In this document: piece after piece, positions 54,060 through 64,000 of the stretch
How the letters are laid out: every line of letters starts with the position of its first letter
How positions within the stretch are numbered: position 1 is the first letter of the stretch
Notes under the pieces: model-generated
What the model saw: the letters and a program-made list of their open reading frames with translations, nothing else
Told to the model about the DNA's origin: nothing
Databases searched by the model: none
DNA from: the human T2T-CHM13v2.0 reference genome, Homo sapiens
DNA length: 64,000 bases
Assembly: GCF_009914755.1 (NCBI RefSeq)
Contig: NC_060947.1
Strand: one strand, 5' to 3'
Program-made: the position numbers and the translations under genes

Positions 54060-57000
54060 TTTTGATTTTATTTTTACTTTAAAAAAAGTTATGGGATACA
54101 TGTGCAGAACGTGCAGGTTTGTTACACAGGTATACATGTGCCATGGTGGTTTGCTGCACCTATCAACCTGTCAACTAGGTTTTAAGTGGTATTTGTCTGA
54201 ATGCTCTCCCTCCCCTTTCCCCCAACCCCTCGACAGGCCCTGGTGTGTGATGCTCCCCTCCCTGTGTCCATGTCTTCTCATTGTTCAACTCCCACTTATG
54301 TGTGAGAACATGCGGTGTTTAGTTTTCTGTCCCTGTGTTAGTTTGCTGAGGATGATGGTTCCCAACTTCATCCATGTCCCTGCAAAGGACATGAACTCAT
54401 TCTTTTTTATGGCTGCATAGTATTCCATGGTGTGTATGTGCCACATTTTATTTATCCAGTCTATCATTGATGGGCATTTGGGTTGGTTCCAAGTCTTTGT
54501 TATTGTAAATAGTGCTGCAATAAACATACATGTGCATGTGTCTTTATAGTAGAATGACTTATAATCCTTTGGGTATATACCCAGTAATGGGATTGCTGGG
54601 TCAAATGGTATTTCTGGTTCTAGATCCTTGAGGAATTGCCACACTGTCTTCCACAATGGTTGAACTAATTTACACTCCCACCAACAGTGTAAAAGTGTTT
54701 CTATTTCTTCACATCCTCACCAGCATCTGTTGTTTCCATACATTTTAATGATTGCCATTCTAACTGGCTTGAGATGGTATCTCATTGTGGTTTTTATTTG
54801 CATTTCTCTAATGACCAGTGATGATGAGCTTCTTTTCATATGTTTTTTGGCCTCATAAATGGCTTCTTTTCAGAAGTGTCTGTTCCTATCCTTCACCCAC
54901 TTTTTAATGGGGTTGTTTATTTATTTCTTGTAAATTTGTTTAAGCTCCTTGTAGATTCTGGTTATTAGACCTTTGTCAGATGGATAGATTGCAAAAATTT
55001 TCTCCCATTCTATAGGTTGCCTGTTCACTCTGATGATAGTTTCTTTTGCTGAGCAGAAGCTCTTTAGTTTAATTAGATCCCATTTGTCAATTTTGGCTTT
55101 TGTTGCCATTGCTTTTGGTGTTTTAGTCATGAAGCCTTTGCCCATGCCTCTGTCCTGAATGGTATTGCCTAGATTTTCTTCTAGGGTTTTTATGGTTTTA
55201 GGTCTTATGTTTAAGTCTTTAATCCATCTTGAGTTTACTTTTGCATAAGGTGTAAGGAAGGGGTCCAGTTTCTGCTTCCTGCATATGGCTAGCCAGTTTT
55301 CCCAACACCATTTATTAAATAGGGAATCCTTTCCCCATTGCTTGTTTTTGTCAGGTTTGTCAATGATCAGATGGTTGTAGAGGTGGGGTGTTAATTCTGA
55401 GGCCTCTGTTCTGTTCCATTTTTCTATATATCTGTTTTGGTACCAGTACTATGCTGTTTTGGTTACTGTAGTCTTGTAGTATAGTTTGAAGTCAGGTAGT
55501 GTGATGCCTCCAGCTTTGTTCTTTTTGCTTAGGATTGTCTTGGTTACACGGGCTCTTTTTTGGTTCCATATGAAATTTAAAGTAGTATTTTCTAGTTCTG
55601 TGAAGAAAGCCAATGGTATCTTGATGGGAATAGCAACGAGTCTATAAATTACTTTGGGCAGTATGGCCATTTTCACGATACTGATTCTTCTTATCAATGA
55701 ACATGGAATTTTTTTTCCATTTGTTTGTGTCGTCTCTTATTTCCTTGAGCAATGGTTTGTCGTTCTCCTTGAAGAGGTCCTTCATGTCCCTTGTAAGTTG
55801 TGTTCCTATGTATTTTATTTTCTTTGTAGCAATTGTGAATGGGAGTTCACTCATGATTTGGCTCTGTGCTTTTCTATTCTTGGTGTATAGGAATGCTTGT
55901 TATTTTTGCACATTGATTTTGTATCCTGAGACTTTGCTGAAGTTGTTTATCAGCTTAAGGAGTTTTGGGGCTGAGACGATGGGGTTTTCTAAATATATAA
56001 AATCATGTCATCTGCAAACAGAGACAATTTGACTTCCTCTCTTCCTATTTGAATACACTTTATTTCTTTCTCTGGCATGATTGCTTTGGCCAGAACTTCC
56101 AATACTATGTTGAATAGGAGTGGTGAGAGAGGGCATCCTTGTCTTGTGCCGGTTTTCAAAGGGAATGCTTCCAGCTTTTGCCCATTCAGTATGATGTTGG
56201 CTATGGGTTTGTCATAAATAGCTCTTATTATTTTGTGATGCTGAGAAGAATGTATATTCTGTTGATTTGGGGTAGAGTCTTCTATAGGTGTCTGTTAGGT
56301 CTGCTTGGTCCAGAGCTGAGTTCAAGTCCTGAATATCCTTGTTAATTTTCTATCTCGTTGATCTGTCTAATATTGACAGTGGGTTGTTAAAGTCTCCCAC
56401 TATTATTGTGTGGGAGTCTGTCTTTTTGTAGGTCTGTAGGAATTTGTTTTATGAATCTGAGTGCTCCTGTATTGGGTGCATATGTATTTAGGATAATTAG
56501 CTCTTCTTTTTGCATTGATTCCCTTTACCATTATGTAATGCCCTTCTTTGTCTTTTTTGATTTAAATTTGTTTTATCAGAGACTAGGATTGGTTTTTTTT
56601 TTCTTTCTATTTGCTTGGTGAAATTTCTCCATCCCTTTATTTTGAGACTGTGTATGTCTTTGCATGTGAGATGGGTCTCCTGAATACAGGACACCAATGG
56701 GTCTTGGCTCTATCCAATTTGCCAGTCTCTGTATTGTAATTGGGGCATTTAGCCGATTTACATTTAAGGTTAATATTGTTATGTGTGAATTTGATCCTGT
56801 CATCATGATGCTAGCTGTTTTGCACATTAGTTGATGCAGTTTCTTCATAGTGTCATTGGTCTTTGTATTTTGGCGTGTTTTTGCAGTGGCTGGTACTGGT
56901 TTTTCCTTTCCATATTTAGTGCTTCCTTCAGGTACTCTTGTAAGGCAGGCCTGGTGGTGACAGAATCCCTTAGGATTTGCTTGTCTGTAAGGATTTTATT

Positions 57001-59203
57001 TCTCCTTCGCTTATGAAGCTTAGTTTGGCTGGATATGAAATTCTGGGTTGAAAATTCTTTTCTTTAAGAATATTAAATATTGGCCCCACTCTATTCTGGC
57101 TTGTAGGGTTTCTGCAGAGAGATCTGCTGTTAGTCTGATGGGCTTCCCTTTGTAGGTAACCTGACCTTTCTGTCTTGCTGCTCTTAACATTTTTTCCTTC
57201 ATTTCAACCTTGGTGAGTCTGATGATTATGTGCCTTGGGGTTGCTCTTCTCGAGGAGTATCTTTGTGGTGTTCTATTTCCTGAATTTGAATGTTGGCCTG
57301 TCTTGCTAGGTTAGGGGAAGTTCTCCTGGATAACATCCTGAAGTGTGTTTTCCAACTTTGTTCCATTCTCCCCGTCACTTTCAGGGACCTCAATCAAACG
57401 TAGGTTTTGTCTTTTCACATAGTCCCATATTTCTTGGAGGCTTTTTTCATTCCTTTTCAATCTTTTTTCTCTAATCTTGTCTTCACGCCTTATTTCATTA
57501 AGTTGATCTTCAATCCCTAATATCCTTTCTTCTTCTTGATTGATTTGGCTATTGATACTTGTGTATGCTTCACGAAGTTCTCGTGCTGTGTTTTTCAGCT
57601 CCATCAGTTCATTTATGTTCTTCTCTAAACTGGTTATTCTAGTTAGCAGTTCCTGTAACCTTTTGTCAAGATTCTTAGCTTCCTTGCATTAGATTAGAAC
57701 ATGCTCCTTTAGCTCAGAGGAGTTTGTTATTACCCACCTTCTGAAGCCTACTTTGTCAAACCCATTCTCTATCCAGTTTTCTGCCCTTGCCGGAGAGGAG
57801 TTGTGATCATTTGGAGGCGAAGAGGCATTCTGGTTTTTGGAATTTTCAGCATTTTTGCACTGTTTTTTCCTCATTTTTGTGGATTTATCTACCTTTGATC
57901 TTTGAGGCTGAAGAACTTTGGATGGGATTTCTGTGTGGGGGTTCTTTTTGCTGATGTTGATGTTACTGCTTTCCATTTGTTAGGTTTTCTTCTAACAGTC
58001 AGGCCCCTCTGTGGCAGGTCTGCTCTAGTTTGCTGGAGGTTCACCCCAGACCCTGTTTTCCTGGTTATCACCAGTGGAGGCTGCAGAACAGCAAAGATTG
58101 CTTTCTGCTCCTTTCTCTGGAAGCTTCATCTCAGAGGGGCACCAGCCTGATGCCAGCCAGAGCTCTCCTGTATGAGGCTCCTGTCACCCCCTGTTGGGAG
58201 GTCTCTCCCAGTCAGGAGGCACAGGGGTCAGGGACCCACTTGAGGATGCAGTCTGTCCCTTAGCAGAGCTCGAGTGCTGTGCTTGTAGAACCCTCCTTGT
58301 CAGGGTCCACTGCTCTCTTCAGAAGTGGCAGGCAGGAACGTTTAAGTCTGCTGAAGCTGCGCCGACAGCCGCCCCTTTCCTCGGGTGCTCTGTCCCAGTG
58401 AGACGGGAGTTATATCTTTAAGCCCTTGACTGGGGTTGCTGCCTTTCTTTCAGAGATGCCCTGCCCAGTGAAGAGGAATCTAGAGAGGCTGTCTGGACAC
58501 AGCTGCTTTGCCACACTGTGTTGAGTTCCACCCAGTCCTTAGCACAGTCAGGGGAAAGCCGCCTACTCAAGTCTCAGTAATGGTGGATGTCCCTCCCCAC
58601 ACCAAGCTCAATTGTCCCAGGTCGACTTCAGACTGCTGTGCTGGCAGGGAGAAATTCAAGCCAGTCATTCTTAGCTTCCTGGGCTCTGTGGGAGTTGGAC
58701 CCACTGGCTTGGCTCCCTGGCTTCAGCCCCCTTTCCAGGGGAGTGAACAGTTCTGTCTCACTGGGGTTCCAGGTGCCACTGGGCTAAGAAAAAAAAAAAA
58801 AAACAAAAGCTCCTGCAGCTAGCTCCGTGTCTGTCTGAACAGCTGCCAGTTTTGTGCTTGAAACCCAGGGCCCTGGTGGTGTAGGCACATGAGGGAATCT
58901 CCTGGTCTGTGGACTGCAAAAACCATAGAAAAAGCATAGTATCTGGGCCAGATAGCACAGTCTGTCACAGCTTCGCTTGGCTGGGAAAGGGATGCCTCTG
59001 CTCCTTGCACTTCCCAGGTAAGGCGACACCCCACCCTGCTTCTACTCACCCTCCGTGGGCTTCACCCACTGCCTAACCAGTCCCAATGAGATGAACAGGG
59101 TACCTCAGTTGGAAATGCAGAAATCACCCAACTTCTGCATTGGTCTTGCTGGGAGCTGCAGACCAGAGCTGTTCCTTTTCGGCCATCTTGCCAGCAGATG
59201 CCC
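54060..59203 (-). mobile_element. L1PA7/8-like element with intact 5' end and ~1.3 kb ORF2 deletion, antisense in FMR1NB intron 1
   Basis: 5' motif cggccatcttgcc at ~59180-59192; minus-strand ORF1 and ORF2 remnants; junction at ~56235; 3' UTR at ~54090. Confidence 0.9.
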
Positions 59204-59420
59204 CTGTTTTTGTATTTTTATATTGATATATCATAGTTGTATGTATTTTTGGGGTATATGTGATATTTTAATATGTATATACAATGTGTAGTGATCAAAT
59301 CCAGGTAATTGAGATATCCATTACCTCAAAAATTTATCTTTGTGTTGGGAACATTCCAATTCTTCTCTTCTAGCTACTTTGAAATATAAAACAAATTATT
59401 ATTAACTATAATTTCTCTGT
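59204..59420 (-). mobile_element. L1MA-like 3' end fragment
   Basis: tgtgttgggaacattccaattcttctcttctagctactttgaaatata. Confidence 0.7.
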
Positions 59421-59479
59421 TACAAGGGAGGTTTTGTTTAGTGTTTCAATCTCTTTATTTGTTATAGGTATTCTTTGAA

Positions 59480-60399
59480 AGGTCTTCCCTCCTTAACCTC
59501 CCTTCACAAAGTACTACATTTCCTTTCCCTTCTTTCAGAAATGACTTTCTCTCATAGGTGACTTTCCTCCCTCATCTCTCCCAAGACCTTCTTTTCAGTA
59601 CCTCCATCACATGGGACTAACCTTCTTCACCACACCGCTGAAACCACTAACCTCCATCATCTCCTCTCTTAAAGCTTTTCCACCCCTAACCTCACTTGCT
59701 AACCTCCCTTACTTCACCACACATTTCCTCAATCTCCTCCCTTCACAAAAGTCTTTCCTTGCTCATTTCCCCTCATGAAAGCCTTTCTTTACTCACCTTC
59801 CATCACAGAGTCCTACCCTCCCGCATGTTCACTCACAAATGCTTTCTTTTATCTCTCTCTAAAGGCTTCCTACCACACTTCTGAAAAAGTGCTTACTTTT
59901 CTCACCTCAGTCGTGGAGGCCTTTAATTCCTCAACTCTTCACTAAAATTCCTTGTCTTCCTTCACAAAGACCTTCCTCCCTCATCTCCTCTCACAAGGGC
60001 CTTTCTTCTTTCACCTCCCTCATGAAATAATAACCTCCTTCATCTCCTCTTCATAGTCCTTTCTTATCTCACCAGTACATTCCCTGCCTCACCTTTGCTT
60101 ATATAGTTCCAACCTCCCTTATCTCTCCTCACAAAGGTATACCCTCCATCTTCTCCTCTACCAAAATCTTCTTTCCATGCTCTCCCCTAACAAAATTCTA
60201 ACCTCTTTCACCTCCCCTCACAAAGACCTAATCTTCTTTCATGGTTACCTTTCCTGCTTTCTTTACCTTCACAATTGACTTCCTTCCCTGCTCAAAGGCC
60301 TCCTTCCCTCAAGTCCCCTCACAAAACCCTAACTTTCTCACCTCCTTTCCCAAAAAACTTCCCTCCTTCACTTATCATCACAAAGGCCTTCCTTCTTTT
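59480..60399. repeat. Degenerate ~30-bp CT-rich repeat, segment 2
   Basis: 30-bp periodicity with recurring cacaaag, clearest at 60201-60390. Confidence 0.7.
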
Positions 60400-62942
60400 T
60401 TTTTTTTTTTTTAATTTATTTTTTTATTGATAATTCTTGGGTGTTTCTCACAGAGGGGGATTTGGCAGGGTCATGGGACAATAGTGGAGGGAAGGTCAGC
60501 AGATAAACAAGTGAACAAAGGTCTCTGGTTTTCCTAGGCAGAGGACCCTGCGGCCTTCAGCAGTGTTTGTGTCCCTGATTACTTGAGATTAGGGATTGGT
60601 GATGACTCTTAACGAGCATGCTGCCTTCAAGCATCTGTTTAACAAAGCACATCTTGCACCGCCCTTAATCCATTTAACCCTGAGTGGACACAGCACATGT
60701 TTCAGAGAGCACAGGGTTGGGGGCAAGGTCACAGATCAACAGGATCCCAAGGCAGAGGAATTTCTCCCAGTGCAGAACAAAATGAAAAGTCTCCCATGTC
60801 TACTTCCTTCCACACAGACACGGCAACCATCTGACTTCTCAATCCCTTCCCCACCTTTCCCGCCTTTCTACTCCACAAAGCCGCCATTGTCATCCCGTCC
60901 CGTTCTCAATGAGCTGTTGGGCACACCTCCCAGACGGGGTGGTGGCCGGGCAGAGGGGCTCCTCACTTCCCAGTAGGGGTGGCTGGGCAGAGGCGCCCCT
61001 CACCTCCTGGACGGGGCGGCTGGCCGGGCAGGGGGGCTGACCCCCCCCACCTCCCTCCCAGAGGGGGCGGCTGGCCGGGCGGGGGGCTGACCCCCCACCT
61101 CCCTCCCGGACGGGGCGGCTGGCCGGGCAGAGGGGCTCCTCACTTCCCAGTAGGGGCCGCCGGGCAGAGGCACCCCTCACCTCCCGGACGGGGCGGCTGG
61201 CCGGGCGGGGGGGCTGACCCCCCCCACCTCCCTCCCGGACGGGGCGGCTGGCCGGGCGGGGGGCTGACACCCCCACCTCCCTCCCGGACGGGGCGGCTGG
61301 CCGGGCAGAGGGGCTCCTCACTTCCCAGTAGGGGCGGCCGGGCAGAGGCGCCCCTCACCTCCCGGACGGGGCGGCTGGCCGGGCGGGGGTGCTGACCCCC
61401 CCCACCTCCCTCCCGGACGGGGTGGCTGGCCGGGCGGGGGGCTGACCCCCCCCACCTCCCTCCCGGATGGGGCGGCTGGCCGGGCGGAGGGCTGACCCCC
61501 CCACCTCCCTCCCGGACGGGGCGGCTGGCCCGGCGGGGGGCTGACCCCCCCACCTCCCTCCCGGACAGGGCGGCTGGCCGGGCGGGGGGCTGACCCCCCC
61601 ACCTCCCTCCCGGACGGGGCGGCTGGCTGGGCAGAGGGGCTCCTCACTTCCCAGTAGGGGCGGCCGGGCAGAGGCGCCCCTCACCTCCCAGACGGGGCGG
61701 CTGGCCGGGCGGAGGGCTGACCCCCCCACCTCCCTCCCGGACGGGGCGGCTGGCCAGGCGGGGGGCCGACCCCCCCACCTCCCTCCCGGACGGGGCGGCT
61801 GGCCGGGTGGGGGGGCTGACCCCCCCATCTCCCTCCCGGACGGGGTGGCTGGCCGGGCTGAGGGGCTCCTCACTTCCCAGTAGGGGCGGCCGGGCAGAGG
61901 CGCCCCTCACCTCCCGGACGGGGCGGCTGGCTGGGCGGGGGGCTGACCCCCCCACCTCCCTCCCGGACGGCACGGCTGGCCGGGCGGGGGGGCTGACCCC
62001 CCACCTCCCTCCCGGACGGGGCAGCTGGCCGGGCGGGGGGCTGACCCCCCCCACCTCCCTCCCGGACGGGGTGGCTGCCGGGCGGAGACGCTCCTCACTT
62101 CCCAGATGGGGTGGCTGCCGGGCGGAGAGGCTCCTCACTTCTCAGACGGGGCAGCTGCCGGGCGGAGGGGCTCCTCACTTCTCAGACGGGGTGGTTGCCA
62201 GGCAGAGGGTCTCCTCACTTCTCAGACGGGGCGGCCGGGCAGAGACGCTCCTCACCTCCCAGACAGGGTCTCGGCCGGGCAGAGGCGCTCCTCACATCCC
62301 AGATGGGGTGGCGGGGCAGAGGCGCTCCCCACATCTCAGACGATGGGTGGCCGGGCAGAGACGCTCCTCACTTCCTAGATGTGATGGCGGCTGGGAAGAG
62401 GCGCTCCTCACTTCCTAGATGGGATGGCGGCCGGGCGGAGATGCTCCTCACTTTCCAGGCTGGGCAGCCAGGCAGAGGGGCTCCTCACATCCCAGACAAT
62501 GGGCGGCCAGGCAGAGACACTCCTCACTTCCCAGACGGGGTGGCGGCCGGGCAGAGGCTGCAATCTCGGCACTTTGGGAGGCCAAGGCAGGCGGCTGGGA
62601 GGTGTAGGTTGTAGTGAGCCGAGATCACGCCACTGCACTCCAGCCTGGGCACCATTGAGCACTGAGTGAACGAGACTCCGTCTGCAATTCCGGCACCTCG
62701 GGAGGCCGAGGTTGGCGGATCACTCGCGGCCAGGGGCTGGAGACCGGCCCGGCCAACACAGCGAAACCCCGTCTCCACCAAAACCAGTCAGGCGTGGCGG
62801 CGCGTGCCTGCAATCGCAGGCATTCGGCAGACTGAGGCAGGAGAATCAGGCAGGGAGGTTGCAGTGAGCCGAGATGGCAGCAGTACAGTCCAGCTTCGGT
62901 TCCGCATGAGAGGGAGACCGTGGGGAGAGGGAGAGGGAGAGG
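60400..62942 (-). mobile_element. SVA_F-type retrotransposon, essentially full length
   Basis: poly(T), SINE-R (ccctgattacttgagattagggattgg), GC-rich VNTR ~60930-62560, Alu-like region, about 3 CCCTCT hexamers; TSD ggccttccttctttt at 60385-60399 and 62943-62957. Confidence 0.95.
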
Positions 62943-63660
62943 GGCCTTCCTTCTTTTACCCTCACAAATGCCTTCCCTCCTTCATCACCATTCCAAAAGT
63001 TTTTCTTGTCCTTCAATCAAGGTCCTTTCATTTCTCACCTCCCCACAATGACTTTCCTTTGCTCACTTCACAGGCCTTTTCTCAAAAGCTTTTCATTCCT
63101 TATCTCACAGAGCCCTTTTCTCCTCTCTTAAAGTCTTCAGTCCCTTACTTCCCTTCTTTTACCTTATATCATCCTCTCCCTCTCTAAGCTACCTTCACTA
63201 AGGCCTTCCCCTCTCCCTCAAATTCCTTCTCTTACCTCTTTATTTACCCTCCTCCAGGCCTTCACTCACTCCCTCTCAGAAGCCTACTTTCAGCTCTCCA
63301 AAAGTTCTTCTCCCCACTCAGGTTTTCCTTCCTTCACCACCCAAAGGTACTTTCCACTTCTTCCCCAAAAGCCTTCTTTTCTTCCTTCCACTTAATGGTC
63401 TTTCTGCCTCACTTGCTTCACTCAAAGTCTTTCCCTCCTCCTCCAGATTCTCCCAACCTGAACTGCTTTTCCTTTTCCTACAACCTTCTTTCCTTCCATA
63501 ACCTTCCTAAGTCTCAGATGGTTTTCTCAAAACAGCTTTCTCAATATTACCCATAATGGCGTGCCTTTTCTCCCAACCCCCTCACAAACGTATTTTATGT
63601 TCTCATCTGCACAAAGGCCTTAGATTTCCCACAGTCTCCTGCCTTTGAGCTCCAGACCCA
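62943..63660. repeat. Degenerate ~30-bp CT-rich repeat, segment 3
   Basis: Same unit family continues after the SVA TSD. Confidence 0.65.
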
Positions 63661-64000
63661 AGCCCAAAGACTTCAGCATCCCCACCTCTAATCCCAAGGG
63701 CTTCTTTCTCCCTGCTCTCCCTAGAGGTTTTCCGTCTTCTCAACCAAGGTCCACCCACAGTCAAAGAGGGAGGCAAAGATTGGGCAGTGGCATCACAACT
63801 AAAAAGAATAGAGACTTCTATACACTATGTCACAACTACATGGGTTTCTAGGTTTTTGTGAGGAATGAAATTCATAATTAAATAAAGTATATGCTGTTTT
63901 ATCAATTATTTGAAATAAGTTAGAAAATATGATTTCTGTTCTTTGAAAAAATGTTAAGATATTTTTAATGATCATTTACAAATCATAATATTACTACAAA

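Noticed and set aside
60596-63187. Many long Pro/Gly/Arg-rich ORFs
   Set aside because: They arise from the stop-poor GC-rich SVA VNTR and Alu-like region; not genes.

Overview
Human Xq27.3 DNA. Human origin is supported by an AluYb8, an SVA_F and protein sequences matching human FMRP and FMR1NB. The window holds the 3' half of FMR1 on the + strand: exons 8-17 (KH1, KH2, NES, RGG box), stop at 17514-17516 and a ~2.3 kb 3' UTR ending near 19790. The CGG repeat is not in the window. A ~30 kb repeat-rich intergenic interval follows, with a decayed provirus, MIR/L2/MLT elements and a nested L1 stack. After it come the CpG-rich promoter, a 27-bp tandem repeat and exon 1 of the cancer-testis gene FMR1NB, and the first 13.5 kb of its intron 1 (Alus, an antisense L1, an antisense SVA_F, a degenerate 30-bp CT-rich repeat). 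Most notable observations: (1) a perfect 31-bp copy of the exon-15c acceptor region in intron 14 that frames a 21-nt in-frame candidate microexon; (2) an SVA_F with a dense A-to-G cluster resembling ADAR editing fixed by retrotransposition; (3) a fossil provirus combining ERV-L-type pol, a gamma-type env TM and a tRNA-Lys PBS; (4) an ETS-site tandem repeat plus a TCTCGCGAGA motif in the FMR1NB promoter; (5) inverted Alus flanking a stop-free, in-frame block of exons 13-16. Exon numbers, repeat subfamily names and consensus comparisons come from recall, not from searches.
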